From the NCBI RefSeq assembly GCF_030028105.1, contig NC_092389.1:14185180-14249179 (forward strand): DNA of 64,000 nucleotides, written 5' to 3'. This document shows positions 11,359 through 25,834 of this stretch, in pieces. The notes under the pieces are model-generated. The model did not search any database and was not told where the DNA came from. It was given only the letters and a program-made list of their open reading frames with translations. Position 1 is the first letter of the stretch, and each line of letters opens with the position of its first letter. The translations under genes were made by a program, and so were the position numbers. The DNA is from Mobula birostris (taxonomy: Eukaryota).

Positions 11359-12967
11359 TATATTAAAAATATTTATACTGTGATATTAAATCAGGAACTG
11401 GTTGGGTTATTGTGTCAGGTCATTGTTGAAGGACAGTGTCACTGTGCTGATACAATGCGTGTTTGAAGCTTGCTGTGTGGGACCGAGCTGTACACGGCCA
11501 AGTGAGTGGAAATGCTGTGAGCTGCCCTGTGGAGGGGTGAGTGTGATGAATGGGAACACTGGCTGAAGGGCAAAGCCACAGCTCTGGCTGGAAACTGAGG
11601 TTGTGATCCCAGCCTGTGGTACCATTGAAAAGCCAGAAAATGCTGGAAAGGTCTTAAGTTCTGGTGGTCTTCAGACCTGAAACATTGACTCTGTTCTTTC
11701 TTCCACTGATGCTGCCCAATCTGTTGAATATTTCTAGTATTTCCTGTTTTCATTTCAGACTTCCAACATCTGTATGTTTTGAAGTCTTTGGTTGACCCAA
11801 CAAGACATCAGACCAGCTTCTGGTCAGTTCTTTGCTTAGGGAGAGGTTGGATAGATTCCAGATAAAGCTGGGACATGCTGTGATTCCAGCAGTAGAACCG
11901 TCCAAGAGCAGATTGGCCAGGCTCAAGGAGATGCATGGGCTGGTCCTGTCCCTGTTTAAGTACTTCTGAAAGACCTGTTTATAAAGTGCTTTGACCATAA
12001 GACATAACAGTAGAATTAGGCCCTTCAGCCCATCAAGTCTGTTCTGCCATTCCATCATGGCCGATTTATTTTCCCTCTCAATCCATTCTCCTGCCTTCTC
12101 CCCGTAACCTTTGACTCCCTGACTAATCAAGAACCTATCAAACTCCGCTTTAAGTATACCCAATGATTTGGCCTCCACAGCTGCCTGTGGCAATTAATTC
12201 CACATCCTCTGGCTAAAGAAATTCCTCCTCGGCCCTGTTCTAAAGGGACACTCTTCTGTTCTGAGACTGTGCCCTCTGGTCGTAGACTCCCACACTAAAG
12301 GAAGCATCCTCTCTACATCCACTTTATCTAGGCCTTTCAATATTTGGTAAATTCCACCCCCCCCCCCCCCACATCATTATTCTGAACTCCATTAAGTACA
12401 GGCCCAGGGCCACCATTTTGATGTGATCAAGATGCTAAAAAATGTTGAACAAATACACTTCTCACTTTTCTTTTTACTCAGTCCTAGAAGCCCTTCTCAC
12501 TATCTCCTGTTGAACAGTTCCAATACATGGAAATCTTTCCTACTCGTACAAACATTCAATGTTTGTTAAACTAATATTAAACCTCCATATGGTCAGGTTC
12601 ATTCTTGAGCTCGGGGATCAAGTTTTGGTTGCTGAAATTTATCTCACTTTAGTCCATATATCCATCTACCTCAGCTTTTATCGAATCTACCTCCGCAGCT
12701 TTCGGTGGCAGGTGAGGCAAGAGGTAGAGAATTCCAGAGATGGTTTTCCTCCTTCTCCTCCAGTCCTAAGCAGGTGGTCCCTTATGTTGAAACTACACTC
12801 ATAGATCGAAGCTTCCCACCGCTACCCTAAAAGGAGAAAACAAACCTACAGCAGTTGCTCTTTCAGTTCCCCCTTTGAAATTTGTATGTTTTCAAGATGT
12901 TACTCATAATTTTTTTTATAAGGAAGAGGTTAGGCTAATTCATAGGACAGCTTCCTCGTTCCAGGAA

Positions 12968-14280
12968 TAGACAATAGGTGCAGGAGTAGGCCATTCGGCC
13001 CTTCGAGCCAGCACCGCCATTCACTGTGATCATGGATGATCATCCACTATCAGTATCCAGTTCCTGCCCTATCCCCATAACCTTGGATTCTGCTATCTTT
13101 AAGAGCTCTATCCATCTCTTTTTTGAAAACATCCAGAGACCTGGCCTCCACAGCCTTCTGGGACAGAGCATTCCATATATCCACCACTCTCTGGGTGAAA
13201 AAGTTTTTCCTCAACTCCGTTCTAAATGGCCTACCCCTAATTCTTAAACTGTGGCCTCTGGTTCTGGACTCACCCATCAGCGGGAACATGCTTCCTGCCT
13301 CCGGCGTGTCCAATCCCTTAATAATCTTATATGTTTCAATAAGATCCCCTCTCAGCCTTCTAAATTCCAGAGTATACAAGCCCAGTCGCTCCAATCTTTC
13401 GACATATAACAGTCCCGCCATCCCGGGAATTAACCTTGTGAACCTACGCTGCACTCCCTCAATAGCAAAAATATCCTTCCTCAAATTTGGAGACCAAAAC
13501 TGCACACAGTACTCCAGGTGTGGTCTCACCAGGGCCCTGTACAACTGCAGAAGGACCTCTTTGCTCTTATACTCAATTCCCCTTGTTATGAAGGCCAGCA
13601 TGCCATTAGCTTTTTTCACTGCCTGCTGTACTTGCATGCTTGCTTTCAGTGACTGATGTACAAGAACACCTAGATCTCGTTGTGCTTCCCCTTTTCCTAA
13701 CTTGACTCCATTTAGATAATAATCTGCCTTCCTGTTCTTACCACCAAAGTGGATAACCTCACATTTATCCACATTAAACTGCATCTGCCGTGCATCTGCT
13801 CACTCACCTAGCCTGTCCAAGTCACCCTGCATTCTCATAACATCCTCCTCACATTTCACACTGCCACCCAGCTTTGTGTCATTGGCAAATTTGCTAATGT
13901 TACTTTTAATTCCCTCATCTAAATCATTAATATATATTGCAAACAGCTGCGGTCCCAGCACTGAACCCTGCGGTACCCGACTGGTCACCGCCTGCCATTC
14001 CGAAAGGGACCTGTTAATCGCTACTCTTTGTTTTCTGTCAGCCAGCCAATTTTCAATCCATGTCAGTACTCTGCCCCCAATACCATGTGCCCTAATTTTG
14101 CCCACTAATCTCCTATGTGGGACTTTATCAAAGGCTTTCTGAAAGCCCAGGTACACTACATCCACTGGCTCTCCCTCGTCCATTTTCATAGTTACATCCT
14201 CAAAAAATTCCAGAAGATTAGTCAAGCACGATTTCCCCTTCATAAATCCATGCTGATTCCGACCAATCCTGTTACTGCTA
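12968..14280 (-). mobile_element. CR1 LINE 3' portion (RT C-terminal half)
   Basis: ORFs 13800-14243 (KSCLTNLLEFF, FQKAFDKVPH, VPQGSVLGP) and 13050-13784 (LVRPHLEYCVQFWSP). Confidence 0.92.
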
Positions 14281-15329
14281 GTGAATTAATAGTGAATTCT
14301 TCTTTCCTCCTAATGCATGTATTGTTCCTAAACTTCCCTGTGCAGTTTAGCAAGGCTTCAGTACTGCATTTCACTTGCACTGAAGTCCAATACCCTATTG
14401 ACCTATTAAGTTGTTTTATACAAAACTTCTACTTTCTTTTCTTCCGAACAAATGGATAAATTCAAGCTTTGATGTATTACAAACTTGAGCACTATGGAAG
14501 AAAGGGAAGGAGGAGGGGCACAGAGGGCTTTCTTCCCCCCCACCCCTTTTTTTCCATTCCCCATTCTTGTCCCCCTTTCACCCTTTCTCTTCTCCTCACT
14601 GCTCATCACCTCCCTTTGGTGCCCTCCTCTTTCCCTTTTTCCCATCTATGGTCCACTGTCCTCGCCTATTAGATTCCGTCTTCTTCGGCCCATTACTTCT
14701 TACATCTATCGCCTCCCAGCTCCCCACCTCCCCCACACACCTACCTTCCCCCTCACCTGGTCTCACCTGTCACCTGCCAGCTTGTACTCCTTCCCCTCTT
14801 CCCCCCCCCCCCACCACCTTATTCTGGCTTCTTCCCCCTTCCTCTCCAGTCCCGATGAACCGTCTCAAACTGAAACTTTGACTGTTTTTTCCCCTCCATA
14901 GATTCTGTCTGACTTTCTGAGCTCCTCCTGCACTTTGTGTATGTTTACAATTAATTTTCCCACAGACCCTCCCCTTGTTGTCCTGTTGGAGACCTGAGTT
15001 CTTTACAGTTGTCCTTTTCATTTAGTTCCCATGTAAAGGTGTAACTAGTTCCTGATGCTTGCTTCCAGATACAGCTTGTCTACTTGTGACTTGCTTCTTC
15101 ATGCTCACTTGATATCTAGAATGACGTAGTAGGAGGAGGTTTGGCAAGCTCTGAGAATCAGCAATGTGATTAGGACTGGATAATCCATTATTAGTGATGT
15201 TGATTGAGAGATGAATATTGGCCAGAAGGCCAAGGAGATTATCTCATGTTTTCCTCAAAATGGTGGCATGAAATTCTTTGCAACCACCTCTGAGAAGGAA
15301 TAGGCCTTCAGTATCACATTGAAGAGCTC

Positions 15330-15620
15330 AAACAACTTTTATTTATGTTGATATACAGTGCGGAACAGGCGCTTCAAGCCCCCCCCCCCCCCAGCAAACC
15401 CCCTATTTAATCCTAGCCTAATCCCGGGCCAATTTACAATGGCTAATTAACCTACCAACCCTTGTGTCTTTGCACTGTGGGAGGAAACCGGAGCACCCGG
15501 AGGAAACCCATGCAGTCACGGGGAGAGCGTACCAACTCCTTACAGGCAGTGGCGGGAATTGAACCTGGGTCGCTGGTACTGTAAAGTGTTGTGCTAAATC
15601 ACTACACTACCGTGGTGCCC
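15330..15620 (-). mobile_element. V-SINE (HE1-like); other copies at ~3200-3370, ~20930-21200, ~21840-22100 and 48380-49058
   Basis: tRNA-like head (ggtagtgtagtg...ggttcaattcc) plus V-domain tgggtttcctccgggtgctccggtttcctcccacag. Confidence 0.8.
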
Positions 15621-17384
15621 ACTTTGAGTGCGATTTGAACACATGACCTCTGAGAATGTTAGCAACTGAGGTAAGGTAATTCTGTCCAATTAGTCCACTT
15701 GAATATAAGTGGGAAACACATCTGTAGTGGTTGGGTTTCAAATTTAGAGAAAACATTGGTCCTCCTGCTTTTTATAAGCTGTATATTTGAACATTATAAA
15801 GGCATTTGGATTGATCCCTGAATCCACAAAGAACCTTGTGAGTGTGCAAGGTTTGAAGTTAATTTCTAACTGTGCTGTTACTCTGGACTGGCCTTCAGGA
15901 TTTTGCTTAGTTTTGCAAATGCTGCAGATATGTTTGGATAGTGAGGAAAAAGTTGGAGTTGGAACAAATTAGTTGAAGTAAATGAACTCGGAAACGAAGC
16001 ATAGAACTAACGACAAATACAAATAATTTACTGCAATAACATGTTGTTGTGTCAGGAGTAGCGTGTGGGGGGTGCCATATCTTGCCCTATCAGCATGTTA
16101 TGTAATTATTTCTCCCTTGTGCTTGTTTACTGCCTCGTAAATTGAACCTGTGCTATTTAGTTCAATTACTCCTTGTGTTAGTGAGTTCCAGATACCAGAC
16201 TGAGAGTGTCGGAAGGGTGGCTATTAATGGAAATGGTTTGGGTACAGTTGGTTGGTTGTAATTTTAGTCAATGAGAACAGTGCTGTTAAGGTTGGGGTGG
16301 AGGAGAGATACTGCTGGAGTATAAGTGGGGAGTTTAATCGCGTGACATTATAATAACTCTCTGATCAAATCATCCTCAATTTTCTGACCAGTAAGGATAG
16401 GTGGTAACACCAGTGCCATGGTTAGTCTCAACAGTGGTGCACCACAAGCCCCCGACTCTACACTCACAGTGTGGCCAGATGCTGCTCCAGGTTTGTAGTG
16501 GGCTGCATCTCAGATAATGATGAGTCAGAGTACAGGAAGGAGGTCGAGTGCTTACTGACTTGGTGTTGTCACCAATGAACTGGAACCTGACAACTCGCAC
16601 TCATTCCTCAACCGTGCTTCGTTTGCTTGTGCGCAAGGAGAACAGTATGGCCCCTGTCACCACACGGTTCTGACGTTATTGACAAGATGGATACAGATAT
16701 TGATCCAATAGAAACTTCAGGTACTTTTGAATTCCATAATTAGCATATTTAAGTACCAATCCTAATAGATATTTTGGGTGCTAATATCCATTTAAATCTT
16801 GTGGTAAAGGTCAATAATACTTGAGAGTTAGTAAAATAACGATCCAATAATTAGTGTTGCCCTCAAATCCTTTATTTACATCTTTATCCAGTCTTGGTAC
16901 ACTTAGTGACTTTGGTTCCAAGGATTGAACATAAAAACTGTGCAAAGGAGAGTTGGGGTTTGAAGGCCATGTTCAGCCTAAGTGACTGCACTACATCTGC
17001 ACACTGTCCCTCTCAGCTTATCATTTTGACTCTTGCTTTACTGAACTTCCACACTCACAAAAGGCTGTACAAAGTGTCTGCACTCTGTTCTGCCAGCTTA
17101 CAGTTTTAACCCTTGCCTTGCTGTAGCCTTCACTCCAATGTCAGTAAAACAAAAGAGCTGGCCACTGACTTCAGGAAGGGGATGGTGTGCGTGCTGCTGT
17201 CATCATCAGCAGCTGAAGTTCAGAGGGTTGACAGTTTCAAGTGCTCAGGAGCTAAGATCACCAACAGACTGTCCTGATCCAACCATGTAGATGTCGTGGC
17301 CAAGAAAGCTCACCAAAGCCTCTACTTCCTCAGTAGGCTTAAGAAATTTGGCATATCCTTGCCAATTTTTGTCGATCTTTGTGC

Positions 17385-18070
17385 AGCCTGACCAGTGTCT
17401 TATAAAGACTCAGCATTATCTCATTGCTTTTATATTCTATTCCCCTTGAAATAAATACCAACATTGCATCACAGACTCAACCTGTGAATTAATCCTCTGG
17501 GAGTCTTGCACGAGGACGCCTAAGTCCCTCTGCACCTCTGATGTTTTAGTTTTCTCCCCACTTAGATAATAGTCTGCACTCTTGTTTCTTTTACCAAAAT
17601 GCATTATCATACATTTCCCAACACTGTATTCCATCTGCCACTGTTTTGCCCATTCTTCCAATTTGTCCAAATCGCATTACTTCCACCTACCCTTCCATCT
17701 ATCTCCATACCATCTGTAAGCTTTGCCACAAAGCCACCAATTCCATTATCCAAATCATTGACAATGTGAAAAGTAGCTGACCCAATACTGACCCTTGGGG
17801 AACACCACTAGTCACTGGCAACCAACTAGAAAAGGCCCCTTTTATTCTCACTCACTGCCTCCTGCCTGTCAGCCATTCCTCTATCCATGCCAGTGTCTTT
17901 CCTGTAACACCACAGGATTTTATCTTGTAAGCAGCCTCGTGGGTAGTACCTTATCAAATGCCTTCTGAAAATCTATGTAAATGACATCTACTGCCTCTCC
18001 TTTGTCCACCCTGTTTGTTACTTCTTCGAAGAATTCTAGCAGATTTGTCAGGCAAGATTTCCCTTTACAG
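17385..18070 (-). mobile_element. CR1 RT fragment
   Basis: KSCLTNLLEFF, DFQKAFDKV and WQMEYSVGKC motifs. Confidence 0.85.
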
Positions 18071-19449
18071 AGCCTGATGGTTGAGGGGTAGTAACTGTTC
18101 TTGAACTTGGTGGTGACCCTTGCTTTTTCTTCACAAACATCCACGAAAACAGAGGAATGCCCCAAAGAATGAACGACAGTTAAATGTTAGATCCCCAAAG
18201 TAACCCCCCCCCCCAGCTCACCTCTCTCCTGCGCGCAAGTGGCGGCAAACACGATCCCCCCTTCTCCCACCAGCAAAAAAAAAGTGGGAAGAGATTCGAT
18301 AAAAGGAGAAAAGGGTAAGAGCTGAGAAAGGAAAAAAGAAATTCTGCTTGGTGAGGAGAAGCTGGTATGATGAATGCTTCTGAACTTTAGACTGTGGAGT
18401 GCAGAGGACTCTGGGATCTGTGACGTTGCAGGTTGTTTGAGGAGCGAGATGGGTAGTGATGGTACAGAGGAGGGAGATCTTCAGAGAATATGTAGTTGGT
18501 GACCTGAAGTACCAAATGGGAAGGGACAATCCAGGGCATTTGTTAAATGAGGTATATAAACAAAAACGATTAAGGAAATGGGTGCAAGAATCAGGTTTAA
18601 TATCACTGGCATATGTTGCAAGATTTGTTAACTTTATGGCAGCAGTAAAATGTAATACATAATATAGAAAAAAACTGAGTTACATTAAATAGTTAAGTTA
18701 AAATAACTAGTGCAAAAAAAACGCAAGAAATAAAAAAAGTGTTGAGATAGTGTTCATGGGTTCATAGAAATCAGATGGCAGAGGGGAAGAAGTGGTTCCT
18801 GAATCATTGAGTGTGTGCCGTCTTCCTTCCTGATGGTAACAATGAGAAGAGGGCATGTCCTGGGTGGTGGGGGTCCTCAATGATGGGAGTTGCCTTCCTA
18901 TGGCACCGCTCCTTGAAGATGTCTTGGATACTACGGAGGCTGGTACTCATGATGGAGCTGACCAGTTTTACATGTTTCTGCAACTTACTTTGATCTTGTG
19001 CAGTAGCTCCCCCCAATACCAAACAGTGATGCAGCCAATCAGAACGCATCATACATTACAATAAGTGTCCAATCCACTACAGATGACTGATAATTTCAAA
19101 AAGTGACTTGAATCTCATAACTTTGGGCAAATCCCAAACACTTTATTGCCATATCTCTTTACAGTCACTGTCCGACACAGGAAGTATAGCAGCCCTTTTG
19201 TACACAGCAAACCCTGCCAACTTCACACACAAAATGCTGAAGGAACTCAGCAAGTCAGGCAAAATCTATGGAGGGGAATAAACAGTCGCCGAGAACTTTC
19301 ACCTGACTTGCTGAGTTCTTCCAGCATTTTGTGACTGTTGCTTATGATTTCCAGCATCTGCAGAGTGTTAATCACTTCTTTCGTGATGCTTGTGAGGGGT
19401 AAATTTTGGCAAGGACAGAGAGGAAGAAGTATTCTTATGGAATCTACAT

Positions 19450-20402
19450 TCACTGGCAGCATCTCCAAGTTTGCGGATGACACGAAGCTGGGCGGCAGTG
19501 TTAGCTGTGAGGAGGATGCTAAGAGGATGCAGGGTGACTTGGAAAGGTTAGGTGAGTGGGCAAATTCATGGCAGATGCAACTTAATGTGGATAAATGTGA
19601 GGTTATCCACTTTGGTGGCAAGAACAGGAAAACAGATTGTTATCTGAATGGTGGCCGACTAGGAAAAGGGGAGGTGCAACGAGACCTGGGTGTCATTGTA
19701 CACCAGTCATTGAAAGTGGGCATGCAGGTACAGCAGGTGGTGAAAAAGGCGAATGGTATGCTGGCATTCATAGCAAGAGGATTCGAATACAGGAGCAGGG
19801 AGGTACTACTGCAGTTGTACAAGGCTTTGGTGAGACCACACCTGGAGTATTGTGTGCAGTTTTGGTCCCCTAATCTGAGGAAAGACATTCTTGCCATAGA
19901 GGGAGTACAAAGAAGGTTCACCAAATTGATTCCTGGGATGGCAGGACTTTCATATGATGAAAGACTGGATCAACTAGGCTTATACTCTCTGGAATTTAGA
20001 AGATTGAGGGGGGGATCTGATTGAAACGTATAAAATTCTAAAGGGATTGGACAGGCTAGATGCAGGAAGATTGTTCCCGATGTTGGGGAAAGTCCAGAAC
20101 GAGGGGTCACAGTCTGAGGATAAAGGGGAAGCCTTTTAGGACCGAGATGAGGAAAAACTTCTTCACACAGAGAGTGGTGAATCTGTGGAATTCTCTGCCA
20201 CAGGAAACAGTTGAGGCCAGTTCATTGGCTATATTTAAGAGGGACTTAGATATGGCCCTTGTGGCTAAAGGGATCAGGGGGTATGGAGAGAAGGCAGGTA
20301 CAGGGTTCTGAGTTGGATGATCAGCTATGATCATACTGAATGGCGGTGCAGGCTCGAAGGGCCGAATGGCCTACTCCTGCACCTATTTTCTATGTTTCTG
20401 TG
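19450..20402 (+). mobile_element. CR1 LINE 3' portion
   Basis: SKFADDTKLGG through LVRPHLEYCVQFWSP, with a 3' hairpin and ttctatgt tail. Confidence 0.92.
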
Positions 20403-21453
20403 AATGAAATATCTCATTGTCCACACCAATATGAACGCTGTAAATCTAGACTTGTGTTTCAGAGGTGAGGAATCCAACTCCACAGATGTAACTTTGAGAA
20501 TTTGTTAATCTCAAAGTGAAAAGATGGGTTCTCTAAAAATGAACATAACATCTTCTGAATATTGGGCAACTTGATATCCCTACCAAGTTACCTATTTTAG
20601 CTCCTATATGATGCCAGTCTCATGACTAACATGTTATTCAATTGTATTAAACTGCCAGCTCTTGGACAAAGGGTGAGTGACTATTTGACAGTGAGCACAA
20701 TTTCCTAAAAAAAACAATTAACTCTTTCATAGTTTCTGATAAAATTAATGGGTCTCCTTACAGCACACTTCCAGGATGTTAGGAAATTAGCCATTTATTC
20801 AGAACTGATACAAGGAGACAGAACAGAGGCTATATGTGCACAGCATTAAGTTTGTATTTGCTATAACATACTGGAGGGCATTTAGACCGTTTCTGACTTT
20901 GTCAGTTCTCAGAGCAATCTCATTTCCTCTGTAATTCCCCTGTAACTCATTCCTTGTCATATCTGTTCATTATTGCAGCCCCTCCCTAATTCTCTCAGAT
21001 CCCCCTATATAAAGGGCAATGTACAGGAGATAATTAGTCTACCAATTAACATGTTGTTGGAATGTGAGAGGAATCCAGAGCACCCAGGGGAAGCCTACAC
21101 AATGCAGGGAGAACATGAAAACTCTGCACACAGACAGCAGCAGTTGAACCTAGTTTGCTGAGGCTGGTGAGACAGCTGTACTCCCTGTAGTGGCACTGAC
21201 CCACTTCTTGTCATAAAGGTTAAATATTAAAATCAGATGGTATGTCCCATGCTGAGTGTTTGAAATGATACTGCAAGGAATGTTAGCGTGGGCAAGCAGG
21301 GACATGTTTGGGCGATAACATTCTGCTATGCGAAGAAATAGAATTATCTTATTGACTCTTTGGGGTTTGGCCCAAGAAACGTCATGAATACTTGGCACCA
21401 CAATGCACTGAGCTGATGAAATGGTCCGTTTGCAAGTTAGGTGAAATATTTGA

Positions 21454-21488
21454 TCCTGATGAAGGGTCTCGGCCCGAAGCGTCGACTG
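21454..21488 (+). ncRNA. Minimal hammerhead motif, decayed (GAAG for GAAA)
   Basis: tc-CTGATGA-A-GGGT-CTCG-GCCC-GAAGC-GTC-GACTG. Confidence 0.65.
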
Positions 21489-24400
21489 TATGCTCTTCTC
21501 CATAGATGCTGCCTGGCCTGCTGAGTTCCTCCGGTATTTAGTGTCTGTTGCTTGGATTATTTCATATGACTAGTTTTGCGTTTTGAGATTGTGAAACATT
21601 GGGAAATTGTTTCGATGTTATAATTGTTGATTAACAGGGTTTGGGGTAATCGGGGAAGAAAAGCTGAGGTGAGAAGATTCCTTTTCCCCAGTGTAAGAAA
21701 ATGGTGCGTGATAATTCCATAACAAGTTTCCATAAGGATTTCAAACTGTATCACTGAAGGATTGAAATTGCAGAGCTGTAGTGAAAGAATAGGGGAAGGG
21801 ATTAACTGGATAACTTTTCCAAAGAGATGGCATGTGCAATATTAGGCACAGAAATAGATCCTTTGTCCCGCTGAGTCTGTACTGACCATTGAGGACTTAT
21901 TTACACATTCTATTTTTCACTCCCCACATTCCCATCTAGCCTTCTCCTTCACACTCGAGGCAACTTGCAGTGGACAATTAACACCCCAATTTTCATGCTT
22001 TCGGGATGAAGGGTGTTTTCGCATGGTCACAGAGAGAATCTCTGTCTGTGCCTGACACACAGACAGCACTGGAGGCAGGGATCGAACCTGTTCACTGACC
22101 TTAAGCCACATCCTCTGACCGAATCTCAGGCAGATATCCCATTCACTCAAAGTGTGGTTTGAAGGGACAGTTGTTGGATTCAGGTTTCAGCTGGAATGAC
22201 CTTGAAACTTGTAGCTTGACCTAAAACCTTGAAACATATTTTGTGGTGCTAATATTTGTATGTGCCAAAAGTACTGGTGTGAGGTGTTTATCTGTACTTT
22301 GCAGCTAGTGATTGTTCTGACATTTTATTTCCTGCAGTATTTAGAGCACGAGATGCTAATTGATAAATTGTAATCTGAGCCCAGCTAGTGGTACCACCTC
22401 TTCAGTCTTTTACCCAGTTGATCCTGTTTGCCACAATGCTGAAAATAAAACTCCCATGACTCACTTGCAGTTGACTCAATAGTTGCACAAAAAAAAATTG
22501 TTTTTCACTAGGCTAAGTTTGGATGAAGCAGGTTGCTTTTGTTAATCACACTGGCTTCACATTAAGATTAATTGCCCTTATTTTTAGGACCTGGGCAGTA
22601 TTGTTGGAGACATACCCTCCCCAGTGTTTGTCAAGGATTAACTTTATTTTCCATTTACCTTTACATGTATTGGGCATTTGCTGTGAAGTGTTGGTCAGGG
22701 TGCAACATGTAACGAAAAACAACATTCAACAATTATAAAGTATAAAGAATTATATAAAAATAAAGTTAAAGTACAAATATGGAATCAAATGTGCATAAAT
22801 AACAGCATGTATTTATAGTTCAAAGTAAATTTATTAAAGTACATGTATGTCACCGTACACAACCCTGAGGTTCATTTTCTTGCGGGCATACTCAATATAA
22901 CCAATAACCATAATAGAATCAATGAAAGACTGCACCAACAGGGCGGACAACCAGTGTGCAAAATGCCACAAACTCTGCATGAACCTACAAAAAGAAAGAA
23001 AAATAATGATAATAATAAATAAACTATAAATATTGAGAACATGAGATAAAAGAGTCCTTGAAAGTGAATCCACGGGTTGTGGGAACATTCCAGTGATAGA
23101 GCAGGTGAAGTTACCCCCTCTGGTTCAAGAGCCTGATGGTTCAGGATTAAAAACTGTTTCTGAGGCTTCTGACCTTCGTCCTGATGACAGCAGCAAGAAG
23201 AGAGCATGGGGGTCCCTGATGACGGATGCTGCTTTCCTGCAACAGCACTCCATGTAGATGTGCTCAATGGTGGGGAGGGCTTTACCTGTGATGGACTCGG
23301 CCATATACACTACTTTTTCTGGGATTTTCCGTTCAAGGACATTGGAGTTTCCATACCAGACCTTGATGCAGCCAGTCAATATACTCTCCACCACACATCG
23401 ATTGAAGTTTGTCAAAGTTTTAGATGTCATGCTGAATCTTCACAAACTCCTATTGAATTAGAGGCGCTGCTGTGCCTTCCTCTTAATTGTACTTGCGTGC
23501 TGGATGCAGGACAGGCCCTCTGAAATGATAACGCTGAGGATTTTAGAATTGCTGATCCTCGATAAGGACTGGCTTGTGGACCTCCTCTTGAACTCAATAA
23601 TCAGCTCCTTACGTTCTAAGTGTTTACAGGGCAGTGCAGTAATAGAGAGGGGGGGGGGTGGGGGGCTAACTAGAATGGTTGATCAAATTTAACTGCATGG
23701 GGGAAGAAACTGTTAAAATGGTGTGAAAGCTTTGTTTTAATAGCTGTATAGCATTTTCTAGGAAGGAGCTTTTAGAAAAGGCAGCTTGCTGGGTGGATGG
23801 TGTCTGCAATGATTTTCCTTGTCTACTTTTTTGTCCTGGACGCATACAAGTCTTGCAGTGATGGAAGACTGCAGCCAATTACCTGTTCTGCTGACCTGAT
23901 AGCTTGCTGTAGTTTTTGGCTATTGTGAGAGGATATGCTGCACAAAACCAGACAGTAATAGCTGTTGTGAGGATGCTTTCTATGATGATAAAATGCAGAA
24001 TTGCTCTAGTATGTTCTGTGGAAGATAGAATTTTACCAGCTGCCACAAGAAGTACATCCTCTGCTGAACCTTTCCATTAGTGAAGTGGATGTGGTTCTCC
24101 CACATGGGGTCCTGTGAAATAATGGTGCCCAGGAACCTGTTAAAATGGTGCTAATTATAGAGTTGTTGATGATTGGGCAGCGAGGAGACACATTTCACTT
24201 GAAATTGAATATGCATCTCCATGGCTTTGAGGGCATTCAGCTCCAAGCTGCTGTGATTGCACCAAGACAATAGGTTGCTTATTTGTTGATGGTAGTTGGA
24301 TTAGTCATCTCCTGTAATTAATCTAATGTCAGTAGATCATTGGAGTGCAGTCATTGGTGTAGGTAGAAAATAGGAGATGGGAGGGAACACATCTATGTGG

Positions 24401-25667
24401 TGCTCCAGTGCTGAGTCTATCCTGAGTTGTTACAGGATCAGGGAGGCCAGTCTGACAACTTCTGTTCACTATCATCACACCCACCATTGTGCTCAGTCCT
24501 ACTTATCAAATCTTTTTGTGTTTGGGAGCTGTCATTGCATTTTTCATGCCAGTGTTTCCATATCTCATTAAAGTTAGTGTATTAACAGCGGTTGGTCTGG
24601 GTAAGTTTCGGTGTGGGGTGTAATGTGAGAATGGTTTGAGAAGTGAGGTCTTTCCTATTGGTACCTGGAGTCAAGGATGATGTTTGTTTATACCAGGCCA
24701 CCTTGTCCTCTCTCAAAGGAGAGAAATCTTCCCCATTGTCATATTCCATATTCTTCAACCAATATCCTCATAGCAGACAATATGCTCAATGTCTCATTGC
24801 TGTTTACTACAGAGACTTGCCCACTGGGATGGATCATTATTTCTGTTAGAATATTTGCCTTCATGTGGTATTAGAAATAGGAACAAAAGAGTGGGTGAAT
24901 GTTCTGTGGAACAGCAGAAACAAGCTAGGCAATCTTTGCAACCTGTCTGTCCCATATCCAACCCTTTCCTTTTCATGTACCTGTTCAAATATCATAATTG
25001 TACTCGCCTCTACCACCTCCCCGGCAGCTCATTCCACATATTCACGTGAAAAGGTTGTCCCTTGAGTTCTCTTAAAATTTTCCGCTCTTACCTTAAACCT
25101 AATCGCTCTAGTCTTGGACTTCCATAATCTGGGGAAAAGACTTTGGCTATTCATCTCATGATCCGCCTGTTCATCTATGACCCTACATGATTTTCCCTCA
25201 ACCTCCTACACCCCAGGGGAAAAACAGTCCTAGCCTATCCAATCTCTCCTTATTCCCATTATCCATGGTAGGATGATTGAGGTTTTGACTGCTTTTAGAC
25301 TATTAATACAAGTGGTCTTTCTAAGGGAGGCTCCCTCCAGATTGGCAGCATCTGCTAAAGGGTGAAGTGTTCTTTTTTTAAGAGATTGCCTAACCCATTC
25401 CTTGTGACCAATGAATGGTTACTTCTGTTGTAAACGATGTTGTAAATGAGTGTATGTTTAAAAATAATGTCAAGGAAGTATTCACAGGAATTAAGATTTA
25501 TGCAAAGTGAAGTTAATAATCAGAACATTAGCTGTTGTGTAATAGTTGAATACACAGGAACTGTGCATTTGCACAGTACATGACTCTTATCTGAGAAACT
25601 GTAACTCTGTACATTTGTGAAGTGAGTGGTGCTAATCTTGCTGAACGGTGATCTATTTCCTGTGCAG

Positions 25668-25834
25668 GTATCGGCAATGTTGCTGGTGTTCACGTGTACA
25701 CAGAAGGCAATGTTGAGGCCCGAAATGGCACCGAGCGCCGTCTAAAGTGCACATTTCAATCCAGCTCCCCTGTTGGGAAACAGACGACTGTTACCTGGTC
25801 CTTCCGACCCGAGAACAGTGGCACTGAGGAAGTT
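25668..25834 (+). CDS. MPZL2: MPZL2 exon 2, first half of the Ig V domain (GIGNVAGVHVYTEGNVEARNGTERRLKCTFQSSSPVGKQTTVTWSFRPENSGTEEV)
   Basis: Acceptor tttcctgtgcag| and donor GTT|gtgagt. The peptide matches the MPZL2 pattern EAVNGTDARLKCTFSS..PVG...TVTWNFRP. Confidence 0.93.

Noticed and set aside
13123-13656. Antisense ORFs over CR1 and Rex1 elements, and most other short ORFs in the track
   Set aside because: They are shadow frames of TE reverse transcriptases or random ORFs with no splice or homology support.
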